Assembly (NCBI GenBank): GCA_963789465.1
Contig: CAWBLL010000016.1
Coordinates: forward strand, 135,544-199,543
DNA length: 64,000 nt
Reading direction: 5' to 3'
Origin: an uncultured Bacteroidales bacterium
Lineage (GTDB): Bacteria > Bacteroidota > Bacteroidia > Bacteroidales > VadinHA17
How positions within the stretch are numbered: the stretch's first letter is position 1; every line of letters starts with the position of its first letter. The position numbers were made by a program, and so were the translations under genes. Positions 39,949 through 49,916 of this stretch are shown one piece after another. The notes under the pieces are model-generated. The model was not told the origin of the DNA and ran no database searches. It worked only from the letters and a program-made list of their open reading frames with translations.

Positions 39949-40898
39949 AAAGAGGCTTTCACGATCCTGGCAATATTGTCTGACCGGCCGAGGGTATAAT
40001 AGTGGATGCCCGGAACACCTTCTTTTATCAGTTCCTTTGACTGCATGGTTGCCCATTCAATTCCAACCTCACGGGCTTCACTGTCAGTCCTGCATTTTTC
40101 TACTGCAGTGACCAGAGCGTTGGGAAGATCAATATGGAATACCTGGGGCAATAATTTTATATCATTAATGGCAGATATCGGTTTCATCCCCGCGACGATA
40201 GGCACTGTTATGCCGGCCTTTATACACTCGTCCCTGAAACGGCAAAACTTATTATTGTCAAAAAACATCTGGGTTACTATATAGCTCGCGCCCGCATCGA
40301 TCTTTAACTTCAGGTTTGTCAGATCCACCTGCCTGTTGGGAGCTTCAAAATGCTTCTCAGGATATCCGGCCACACCTACACAAAAGTTCGTGGGAAAAGT
40401 GTCCACCAATGATTCCTCGAGATATTTGCCATTATTCATATTGATGATCTGCTTTACCAGTTCATGAGTATTGCCATGCCCGTCCTTCTCAGCAATAAAA
40501 CGCCGGCTTCCCTTCTGAGGATCACCCCTTAATGCCAGAACATCATCAATACCGAGAAAGTTCATCTCAATCAGCACGTTTTCAGTCTCTTCTTTGGTAA
40601 ATCCGCCACAGAGAATATGGGGAACAACTGTTATGTTGTACTTATATTTTACTGCCGCCGCCAGAGCTATCGTTCCGGGCCTGAGGCGTACCACTCTTTT
40701 CTCAAGAAGCCCGTCAGGCCTTTCATGATATATGGTTTCGTTTCTATGGGAAGTAAAATTTATATAAGCAGGATCGAATTCCAGCAATCTTTCTATTGCA
40801 GTGTATGTTTTTTCAATGCTATGTCCTTTCAGCGGCGGAAGAAGTTCAAATGTGAACAGGGGACCCCTGGCATTCTTAATCTTGTCAATAACACTCAT
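39945..40898 (-). CDS. metF: methylenetetrahydrofolate reductase
   Basis: 317 aa. FTFELLPPLKG, GIDDVLALRGD and YIVTQMFFD motifs. Confidence 0.9.
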   Translation of the reverse strand: MSVIDKIKNARGPLFTFELLPPLKGHSIEKTYTAIERLLEFDPAYINFTSHRNETIYHERPDGLLEKRVVRLRPGTIALAAAVKYKYNITVVPHILCGGFTKEETENVLIEMNFLGIDDVLALRGDPQKGSRRFIAEKDGHGNTHELVKQIINMNNGKYLEESLVDTFPTNFCVGVAGYPEKHFEAPNRQVDLTNLKLKIDAGASYIVTQMFFDNNKFCRFRDECIKAGITVPIVAGMKPISAINDIKLLPQVFHIDLPNALVTAVEKCRTDSEAREVGIEWATMQSKELIKEGVPGIHYYTLGRSDNIARIVKASF

Positions 40899-40907
40899 AT
40901 CTGCATA

Positions 40908-43900
40908 TTATAAGTTTGGTGCGAGCCACCTGGCCGCCTCTTTAATAGTCATATTTTTCCGTTTTGCATAGTCCTCAAGCTGATCTGAATTTATCTTACC
41001 TATATTGAAATAGGTTGATTTCGGATGTGAAAAGATATATCCGCTCACCGATGCAGGAGGTACCATTGCATAATTTTCCGTAAGACTTGTACCAATAAGT
41101 TTTTCAGCTCCCAAAAGATCAAAGATAATTTGTTTTTCGGTATGATCAGGACATGCAGGATATCCTGGCGCCGGCCTTATTCCCCTGTATTTTGCTTTCA
41201 GAAGATCTTCAACTTCCAGATTTTCATTGGCCGCGTAAGCCCAGTATTCCTTGCGTATAGTCTCGTGCAGCCATTCCGCTGCCGCTTCAGCCAACCTGTC
41301 GCTCAGTATTCTGATCATGATCGAGGCATAATCGTCCTGTGCATACTTTTTCATTTTTTCATCATCGATGTCAGCTGAAACAACAAAAGCACCAATATTA
41401 TCTGTCAGCCCGGATGACTCAGGGGCAATATAATCGGAAAGTGCAAGATTCGGGACATCCTTTTCCTTTGGCTCCTGGTTTCTTAAAAACCTGAAAACCG
41501 CATCCGGTTCATTCTTCATCCTGTCAGAATAGACTTTTACATCATCTCCATCGGATACTGCCTGGTACAGGCCAAATACACCCTTTGCAGAAAGGAGCCT
41601 GGTATCGATTATCTTCTTCAGATACACCTGAGCATCGTCAAATAGCTTTCTTGCCTCAGTTCCCTTTACCGGATCACTGAAGATTGCAGGGTATTTGCCC
41701 GACATTTTCCATGAAAAGAAAAAGAAGGTCCAGTCTATGTATTTCTCCAGAATTTTCAAATCGATGTCTGGCAGGTGATGTAATCCCGGTTTAAGAGGTT
41801 CGAAGGGGATGAAATTATTCCAGTCTGTGAAAAGCCTGTTCTTCCGTGCATCGCCGATTGAAAGAAGATGCCTTTCTGTCTGTTTCGAATTATGGTCATC
41901 CCGCATCCGGTCGTACTTCTCCTTCATTGAAGATATATACGCGCTGTTATCTTTCTTAAGAAGAGATGAGATAACACCTGCTGCCTTTGAGGCATCCTTT
42001 ACATGAATGACGGTATTGGAATAGGCCGGCGCAACTTTCACTGCGGCATGTATCTCAGATGTTGTGGCACCACCTATAAGCAGTGGAGTTTTCATTTTCC
42101 TTCGCTCCATCTCGGAAGCGACATGGACCATTTCCTCAAGTGATGGTGTTATCAGTCCACTCAGCCCGATTATGTCGATATTCTCTTTGATGGCAGTATC
42201 GAGTATCCTGTCGGCAGGGACCATCACACCAAGATCCATGATCTCATAGTTGTTGCACGAGAGAACGACTCCCACAATATTTTTTCCAATATCGTGCACA
42301 TCTCCTTTCACGGTAGCAAGCAGTACCCTGCCTGCAATTTTCTTCTCCTGGCCTTCACTTTCCTTCTCGATATAAGGTGCAAGTTTTGCCACTGCTTTCT
42401 TCATCACACGGGCGCTCTTGACTACCTGCGGAAGGAACATCTTTCCTGAGCCGAACAGGTCACCGACCTCATTCATTCCTCCCATCAGCGGACCTTCGAT
42501 AAGTTCGATAGACCTCCGGAAGAGTGACCTGGCTTCTTCAACATCCTCTTCAATGAATGCATCTATACCTCTTATAAGGGAATGTTTGATACGCTCAATC
42601 ACTGGTAGCAGACGCCAGGCATCTTCCTTTTCCTCCTTCTTCCCTTCGTTCTTTATGCCTTCCGCGAATTTCACGAGTCTCTCAGTGGCGTCTTTTCTCC
42701 TGTTAAAAATGATGTCCTCTGTAAGATGAAGAAGATCAGGATCAATTTCAGTGTATACCTGCAGCATGCCGGGGTTGACTATTGCCATATCAAGTCCTGA
42801 CCTGATGGCATGATAAAGGAAAACTGAATGCATTGCCTCACGCACCTTGTCGGTTCCCCTGAAGGAGAAGGAGAGATTGCTGATTCCTCCGCTAACCCTG
42901 GCAAAAGGAAGATTTTGCTTTATCCACTCTATGGCTTTTATATAGTTTTTTGCATATTCATTGTGTTCTTCTATCCCAGTGGCAACGGCAAGGACGTTGG
43001 GATCGAAAATTATGTCTTCGGGAGGAAATCCAAGTTTATCCACAAGAAGCCTGTACGAACGTTCCGCAACCTTTATCTTCTTTTCGTAAGTATCAGCCTG
43101 ACCAACTTCATCGAACAACATTACAACCACGGCTGCTCCGTACTTTCTTACCTTGTGTGCATGTTCGAGAAATATTTCTTCCCCTTCCTTGAGGCTGATG
43201 GAATTCACTACTGATTTACCCTGTATGCACTTAAGTGCTGATTCAATAACCGCCCATTTGGAAGAATCTATCATGAGAGGCAGTTTTGCAATATCAGGCT
43301 CAGCCATTACCAGATTCACAAACTTCACCATAGCTTTTTCCGAATCAAGCATTGCCTCATCCATGCAAATATCAATGATATTGGCTCCTCCTTCAACCTG
43401 GTTCCGTGCAACGGCAAGAGCCTCATCGTATTTTTCATCCCTGATAAGACGGGCAAACCTGATTGAACCGGATACATTGGTTCTCTCCCCTATATTAATA
43501 AAATTGGTTTCTGGTGTGATAGTAAGTACCTCCAGTCCGCTGAGACGTGTATATCTTTTAATTTCCGGCTTAATCCTGGGACTGTATTGCTTAGCCGATT
43601 CTGCTATTTTGCGGATATGAAGGGGAGTTGTTCCGCAACAGCCCCCGATAATATTTACCCAGCCCTCTTTCATAAAATCTTCCACTATCGAAGCCATGAA
43701 CCCGGCGCTCTGATCATATTCCCCAAACTGGTTTGGCAGGCCTGCATTAGGATGGACAGAGACATAATAGCCTGTCTTTGAAGATAATTCTTCAACGAAG
43801 GGTCGCAGCTGTTCCGCTCCGAGTGCACAGTTAAGACCTATACTGAGAAGCGGGAAATGCGATACGGATACCACGAATGCCTCCAGAGTCTGGCCGGTAA

Positions 43901-44558
43901 GTGTACGGCCGCTGGCGTCAGTAATCGTTCCGGATACCATCACCGGCAGTCTGGCACCTTTTTCCTCAAAAACCGAATCGATGGCAAAAAGTGCTGCCTT
44001 GCAATTGAGAACGTCAAATATGGTCTCTACCATAAGCAGGTCGACACCTCCGTCCATCAGCCCCCTGATCTGCTCTGAATAGGCCTCTGTCAGCTGGTCA
44101 AAAGTCACTGTCCTCGCGCCGGGGTCATTGACATCGGATGACATTGAAGCGGTCCTGTTAGTAGGCCCAAGCGTCCCGGCAATGTAATGATTCCCGTCAC
44201 CGCCGGATCTTTCATATTCTGCGATTGTTTCGGCGGCAATGCGGGCCGATTGAAGATTCATTTCATAAACAAGTTCTTCCATGCCATAATCAGACATGGA
44301 GATCCTGTTCGAATTGAAAGTGTTTGTTGTGATAATATCAGCTCCTGCCTCAAGATACTGCCTGTGGATCTCTTTTATTATTTCAGGTTTGGTTATTGAG
44401 AGAAGGTCATTATTCCCTTTCAGGAGTTTTGGGTGATCACTGAACCTCACACCACGGAAGTCATTCTCCTGAAACTTATGTTTCTGGATCATTGTGCCCA
44501 TCGCTCCATCGAGGATCAGGATCTTTTGATTTATAATATCTTCAATTTGATGTTTCAA
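40908..44558 (-). CDS. metH: cobalamin-dependent methionine synthase
   Basis: 1216 aa (TTG start) with all four modules: Hcy domain ([10 protein letters not shown]), pterin domain, B12 domain (GDVHDIGKN) and AdoMet activation domain. Confidence 0.95.
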   Translation of the reverse strand: MKHQIEDIINQKILILDGAMGTMIQKHKFQENDFRGVRFSDHPKLLKGNNDLLSITKPEIIKEIHRQYLEAGADIITTNTFNSNRISMSDYGMEELVYEMNLQSARIAAETIAEYERSGGDGNHYIAGTLGPTNRTASMSSDVNDPGARTVTFDQLTEAYSEQIRGLMDGGVDLLMVETIFDVLNCKAALFAIDSVFEEKGARLPVMVSGTITDASGRTLTGQTLEAFVVSVSHFPLLSIGLNCALGAEQLRPFVEELSSKTGYYVSVHPNAGLPNQFGEYDQSAGFMASIVEDFMKEGWVNIIGGCCGTTPLHIRKIAESAKQYSPRIKPEIKRYTRLSGLEVLTITPETNFINIGERTNVSGSIRFARLIRDEKYDEALAVARNQVEGGANIIDICMDEAMLDSEKAMVKFVNLVMAEPDIAKLPLMIDSSKWAVIESALKCIQGKSVVNSISLKEGEEIFLEHAHKVRKYGAAVVVMLFDEVGQADTYEKKIKVAERSYRLLVDKLGFPPEDIIFDPNVLAVATGIEEHNEYAKNYIKAIEWIKQNLPFARVSGGISNLSFSFRGTDKVREAMHSVFLYHAIRSGLDMAIVNPGMLQVYTEIDPDLLHLTEDIIFNRRKDATERLVKFAEGIKNEGKKEEKEDAWRLLPVIERIKHSLIRGIDAFIEEDVEEARSLFRRSIELIEGPLMGGMNEVGDLFGSGKMFLPQVVKSARVMKKAVAKLAPYIEKESEGQEKKIAGRVLLATVKGDVHDIGKNIVGVVLSCNNYEIMDLGVMVPADRILDTAIKENIDIIGLSGLITPSLEEMVHVASEMERRKMKTPLLIGGATTSEIHAAVKVAPAYSNTVIHVKDASKAAGVISSLLKKDNSAYISSMKEKYDRMRDDHNSKQTERHLLSIGDARKNRLFTDWNNFIPFEPLKPGLHHLPDIDLKILEKYIDWTFFFFSWKMSGKYPAIFSDPVKGTEARKLFDDAQVYLKKIIDTRLLSAKGVFGLYQAVSDGDDVKVYSDRMKNEPDAVFRFLRNQEPKEKDVPNLALSDYIAPESSGLTDNIGAFVVSADIDDEKMKKYAQDDYASIMIRILSDRLAEAAAEWLHETIRKEYWAYAANENLEVEDLLKAKYRGIRPAPGYPACPDHTEKQIIFDLLGAEKLIGTSLTENYAMVPPASVSGYIFSHPKSTYFNIGKINSDQLEDYAKRKNMTIKEAARWLAPNL

Positions 44559-44656
44559 TTCCTGTAATGTGTTAATTAATTTATAATCTGCTTGTTACAA
44601 AATTTATTAATTCATGTTTTGCCCAACTGACGCCCGGGCTGTCTTTCTTCCTCTTA

Positions 44657-44741
44657 TTTTTTGCCCCCCACCCCCCCTAAAGGGGGGCTTGAAACCTGTA
44701 TCGGATTTGAACCCCCCTTTAGGGGGGCAGGGGGGCAAAAA
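44657..44741. repeat. G/C-homopolymer inverted repeat inside the met operon (between hom and metH)
   Basis: Left arm T6-G-C6-A-C7-TAAA-G6 (44657-44687). Right arm C6-TTTA-G6-CA-G6-C-A5 (44712-44741). The arms are reverse complements except for 2 positions, and each arm is itself a C-run/G-run hairpin. The spacer is 24 nt. Confidence 0.85.
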
Positions 44742-44770
44742 CCGGGGGGTTGTGGGCCTCATCTTCATGA

Positions 44771-45970
44771 TCAGACAACCTTTCTTCCGGTATTCACTAT
44801 AAAAACATCCATCCCGCCAAGTTGTTCCCTGATGGCATAAAGTCTTTCCAGATTTATTACTCCAATCACGTATTTAAAGAACTTACCGCTAAAGTATTCC
44901 GAGACTTCCTCAAATCCAAATAATTCTTTATCCTTTTCATCTTTATACCTCAGGTAGATCTCCAGTTTGTAGTCACGGGTATAATGTGAGACAGTACCCT
45001 GCTGGTATTTCTTATATTCATACCGGTATCCGTAGGAGTTGGCAGAAATATCCGACAAAACCGCACTACCTGTGGCATGTCCTCCGGCTCCCTTGCCACT
45101 GAAAAACTGTTTGTCGGCAAATGCTGCCTCCGTAATCACCCCGTTATACTCATTATCAACATTATATAGGTATTTATCGGAAGAGATAAACCGGGGAAGC
45201 ACAAAGCTTGTTATGGTGCTGTCATTGGTCTTTCCGACAAAGGGCACCAGCTTTATTTTAAATCCTTTCTCCCTGGCATACTGTACATCGAATCCGGATA
45301 TCATTCTGATCCCATAATGAAAAACCTCATCAGGATTGAGAAACAGTCCGTAGGCATGACCTGTAATAATGCACAGCTTAAATTTTGCATCCCAGCCATC
45401 CACATCCAGTGTAGGATCCGATTCCGCAAAACCCTTTTCCTGGGCCTCCTTCAAGGCATCTGCATATTGAATTCCTTCATTATACATTTTTGTGAGAATA
45501 TAGTTGGTCGTACCATTAAGAATACCACGAAGCGAATGCAAAAGTTCATTATCATAGTATTCCTCCAGATTTCGTATAATTGGAATACTTGCTCCTGCGG
45601 AGGCTTCGTAAAGGAGCGATACCTTGTACCTGGACTGCATTTCCACGAGTTCCCTGAAATGAGTAGCAACCATCATCTTGTTGGCCGTAACCACATTCTT
45701 GCCGCTTCGCATCGCGGTGGTCACAATGTTGAAAGCTTCCTCTGCATCGTCGATAAGTTCCACAACAAGGTTTATTGAGGGATCATTCAGGATCTCATTC
45801 TTGTCAAATGTAAAATTCGACATATCGATCCTTCTCTTTTTTGTGCGGTCCTTCACACAGATTTTTACAATATCAGCCTTGAATCCTTTGCTGCTGTTCA
45901 GTACATCATGCAGTCCCTGACCTACACATCCGTATCCGAATAATCCTATCCTGAGTTTTTCTCTTGTCAT
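44771..45970 (-). CDS. hom: homoserine dehydrogenase
   Basis: 399 aa. N-terminal LRIGLFGYGCVGQG (NAD-binding), central catalytic region and an ACT-like C-terminus. Confidence 0.85.
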   Translation of the reverse strand: MTREKLRIGLFGYGCVGQGLHDVLNSSKGFKADIVKICVKDRTKKRRIDMSNFTFDKNEILNDPSINLVVELIDDAEEAFNIVTTAMRSGKNVVTANKMMVATHFRELVEMQSRYKVSLLYEASAGASIPIIRNLEEYYDNELLHSLRGILNGTTNYILTKMYNEGIQYADALKEAQEKGFAESDPTLDVDGWDAKFKLCIITGHAYGLFLNPDEVFHYGIRMISGFDVQYAREKGFKIKLVPFVGKTNDSTITSFVLPRFISSDKYLYNVDNEYNGVITEAAFADKQFFSGKGAGGHATGSAVLSDISANSYGYRYEYKKYQQGTVSHYTRDYKLEIYLRYKDEKDKELFGFEEVSEYFSGKFFKYVIGVINLERLYAIREQLGGMDVFIVNTGRKVV

Positions 45971-45994
45971 TCCTGATTCAATTTTAAATGTCTT

Positions 45995-47368
<1,374 letters not shown>

Positions 47369-47490
47369 TTAATTAATAAGAAGCTGGTTGGAAATCATAT
47401 TCCCTGCCTGCACATGCGCATAGGCATGAGCGGCATAATGAAGTTGTTGTGAGTGAGATGAATTGAATCCATTGTTTCAGTGTTAAATTT

Positions 47491-47597
47491 TTATTATCTC
47501 CCGGCTCTCCGGGATTAGGTTTTGGCACCGTTCTCCTTTTCTGAAGGAGTGGTTGCCAGGGTTTCACAGAGCCTAATCTCTTCACCCTTCTTAATAA
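47491..47597 (-). promoter_or_regulatory. SAM-I (S-box) riboswitch aptamer upstream of metY-hom-metH-metF
   Basis: The minus strand reads TTATTAAGAAGGGTGAAGAGATTAGGCTCTGTGAAACCCTGGCAACCACTCCTTCAGAAAAGGAGAACGGTGCCAAAACCTAATCCCGGAGAGCCGGGAGATAATAA. Elements: P1 TTATTA/TAATAA, GA kink-turn motifs, GGCAACC...GGTGCC (P3), P4 TCCCGG-AGAG-CCGGGA, and P2-loop TTAGG able to pair with CCTAA in J3/4. Confidence 0.85.
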
Positions 47598-47640
47598 AAA
47601 CCAAACACCCTTAAAGGAAGGAATATTTGATTTGTGGGAC

Positions 47641-47648
47641 CAAAGGTA
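47641..47648 (-). promoter_or_regulatory. candidate -7 promoter element (TAnnTTTG) driving the riboswitch and met operon
   Basis: The minus strand reads TACCTTTG, about 43 nt upstream of the aptamer 5' end. Confidence 0.45.
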
Positions 47649-47862
47649 AAAATGATTTTCTGAATTACAAAATAAAATCTGATAACGATCACAGGCGATC
47701 AATAATGCTCATTTTCTTTCTGTCTTGGCTGTGTTCGTCAGAAGAGGATATAATAAAGGTCCTTTGTGGGTCTTCGCTCAATCGCGGGAGTAATTTGAAT
47801 CTAATCAGGGATTATTGAAAGGATAATCATCAAAAGCATAAACAAAAATTTAATATTTACCT

Positions 47863-47870
47863 TACTTTTG
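47863..47870 (+). promoter_or_regulatory. candidate -7 promoter element (TAnnTTTG)
   Basis: TACTTTTG lies 19 nt upstream of the cysS ATG. Confidence 0.4.
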
Positions 47871-47889
47871 TCAGATCAAATCATCCTGT

Positions 47890-49362
47890 ATGGAAAATAA
47901 ACTATTCATCTACAACACCCTTTCAAAAAAGAAGGAACTATTTAAACCTCTTCATGCTCCTTTCGTCGGTATTTATGTATGTGGTCCGACCGTTTACAGC
48001 AATCCGCACCTGGGACATGCACGACCAACCATAATATTTGACCTGCTCGACAGATACCTTCTTCATCTGGGCTATAAGGTCAGATATGTAAGGAATATAA
48101 CCGATGTCGGGCATCTGGAAGATGAAAATGCAGGAGAGGGCGAGGACAAAATAACAAAAAAGGCAAGGCAGGAACAACTTGAGCCTATGGAAGTGGTTCA
48201 GAAATACCTGAATACCTATCACCGGAACCTGGATCAGCTGAATACTCTTCAGCCATCGATAGAGCCCAGGGCAAGCGGACATATTATTGAGCAGCAGGAA
48301 CTTATAAAAATGATAATAGAAAATGGCTTTGCCTATGAAGTTAACGGTTCTGTATATTTCGATGTAGTAAAGTACAACGAAAAATATAATTACGGAAAGC
48401 TTTCAGGCAGGGTGCTGGAAGATCTTCAGAGCAATACCAGGATATTGGACGGACAGGATGAAAAAAGAAATCCCTTCGATTTTGCTCTCTGGAAGAAAGC
48501 CGCGCCGGAACATATAATGAAGTGGCCATCACCATGGAGCATAGGGTTTCCCGGATGGCACCTGGAGTGCTCAGCAATGAGCATAAAGTATCTCGGAGAA
48601 GTTTTCGATATACATGGAGGGGGAATGGATCTTCAGTTCCCTCATCATGAATGTGAAATTGCCCAGTCGACGGCTGCAAACGGAAAAGAATCGGTCCGCT
48701 ACTGGATGCATAATAACATGATTACCATAAACGGACAGAAGATGGCTCGTTCTCTTGGTAATTTTATTACTCTCGACGAGCTCTTCAAAGGAGAACATCC
48801 GCTCCTGGTTCAGCCATACAGCCCCATGACCGTCAGGTTTTTTATACTGCAGGCTCACTACCGCAGCACAATCGATTTCTCTAATGAGGCCCTCCAGGCC
48901 GCAGAAAAGGGTCTACAGAAACTTCTAAAGGCTACGGCTACTCTTGGAAAACTAAAAGTATCTGAATCAACTACTTTCGATGTCGGACAACTGAAGGAAA
49001 AATGTTATGAAGCAATGGATGACGACCTGAACAGCCCTGTCCTTCTCTCATATCTTTTTGAAGCAGTCAGGTTCATAAATTCCGTTGCCGATGGAAATGA
49101 AAAAATCGATCAGGCAAGTCTCACCGGACTTAAGGAACTCCTCAATACCTTTATCTTTGATATCCTGGGGCTTAAGGATGAAACTAAAGAAAAAGAGGAT
49201 GAATTGCTTACCGGTAAACTGATCAATATGATAGTTGATCTGCGGCAGGATGCCAAAAACCGTAAGGAATGGGATATTTCTGATAAGATCCGCCAGACTC
49301 TCAGAGAGCTGGGAATAATTGTCAAAGACCGCAAGGACGGCGCTGACTGGGAGAGGGAGTGA
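47890..49362 (+). CDS. cysS: cysteine--tRNA ligase
   Basis: 490 aa. HLGHARP (HIGH), Zn-binding CGPTVY... and KMARSLGN (KMSKS). Confidence 0.95.
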   Translation: MENKLFIYNTLSKKKELFKPLHAPFVGIYVCGPTVYSNPHLGHARPTIIFDLLDRYLLHLGYKVRYVRNITDVGHLEDENAGEGEDKITKKARQEQLEPMEVVQKYLNTYHRNLDQLNTLQPSIEPRASGHIIEQQELIKMIIENGFAYEVNGSVYFDVVKYNEKYNYGKLSGRVLEDLQSNTRILDGQDEKRNPFDFALWKKAAPEHIMKWPSPWSIGFPGWHLECSAMSIKYLGEVFDIHGGGMDLQFPHHECEIAQSTAANGKESVRYWMHNNMITINGQKMARSLGNFITLDELFKGEHPLLVQPYSPMTVRFFILQAHYRSTIDFSNEALQAAEKGLQKLLKATATLGKLKVSESTTFDVGQLKEKCYEAMDDDLNSPVLLSYLFEAVRFINSVADGNEKIDQASLTGLKELLNTFIFDILGLKDETKEKEDELLTGKLINMIVDLRQDAKNRKEWDISDKIRQTLRELGIIVKDRKDGADWERE

Positions 49363-49381
49363 TTTCTGTTGAGATGAGAGT

Positions 49382-49438
49382 TTTCCCTTCCCAGGAGAGC
49401 CTGTCCCGCTTCGGTGGGAGGCCAGGGGTGGGTTTAAA
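49382..49438. repeat. GC-rich hairpin element, copy 1 (REP-like)
   Basis: TTTCCCTTCCCAGGAGAGCCTGTCCCGCTTCGGTGGGAGGCCAGGGGTGGGTTTAAA, with a CCCGC-TTCG-GTGGG core stem extended by GCC/GGC. Confidence 0.8.
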
Positions 49439-49489
49439 CTCAGATGTAACCAATGAACTCAGAAGCAGATAGGATGAACAATGGTAAGG

Positions 49490-49545
49490 TTCCCCTCCCA
49501 GGAGAGCCTGTCCCGCTTCGGCGGGAGGCCAGGGGTGGGTTTAAA
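49490..49545. repeat. GC-rich hairpin element, copy 2 (REP-like)
   Basis: TTCCCCTCCCAGGAGAGCCTGTCCCGCTTCGGCGGGAGGCCAGGGGTGGGTTTAAA. It is near-identical to copy 1, which lies 108 nt upstream, and ends 11 nt before the DUF559 ATG. Confidence 0.8.
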
Positions 49546-49556
49546 TATTTATTGGT

Positions 49557-49916
49557 ATGAAGAGAAAAATAATCCCATATAACCCTCATTTAAAAGATCT
49601 TGCAAAGGAGCTAAGAAGAAATATGACACTTTCTGAAGTATTATTATGGAAGGAACTTAGAAATAAAAATATGCTGGGTTATGATTTTGACAGGCAACGC
49701 CCGATAGGAAACTTTATAGTCGACTTTTATTGCAAAGATCTTGCCCTGGCTATTGAAATAGATGGCGACACACATATTTACAGATATGATTATGATGAAG
49801 AAAGACAAGAAGTTCTTGAAAAATCAGGGGTCAATTTCTTAAGATTTGAAGATATTGAAGTAAAAAAGAACATGATAAATGTCTTAAGGGTGATTGCGGA
49901 TTGGATTGAAAAAAAT
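49557..49916 (+). other. DUF559 (Vsr-like endonuclease fold) domain-coding portion of the long ORF
   Basis: About 120 aa match the usual stand-alone DUF559 protein length and motif order. No stop codon follows. Confidence 0.7.

Noticed and set aside
44614-44802. A 62-aa plus-strand ORF (…FCPPPPLKGGLKPVSDLNPPLGGQGGKN…).
   Set aside because: It is a translation of the G/C-tract inverted repeat and overlaps the hom 3' end.
47373-47702. A 109-aa minus-strand ORF.
   Set aside because: It overlaps the SAM-I aptamer and its promoter motif, and its composition is not protein-like.
49363-49556. The two hairpin elements acting as simple rho-independent terminators for cysS.
   Set aside because: Their stems are strong (UUCG-type loop), but they are followed by GGGTTTAAA rather than a U-tract. 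The same sequence recurs, inverted, in the downstream repeat, so a repeat-element origin explains them better. A terminator-like side effect remains possible.
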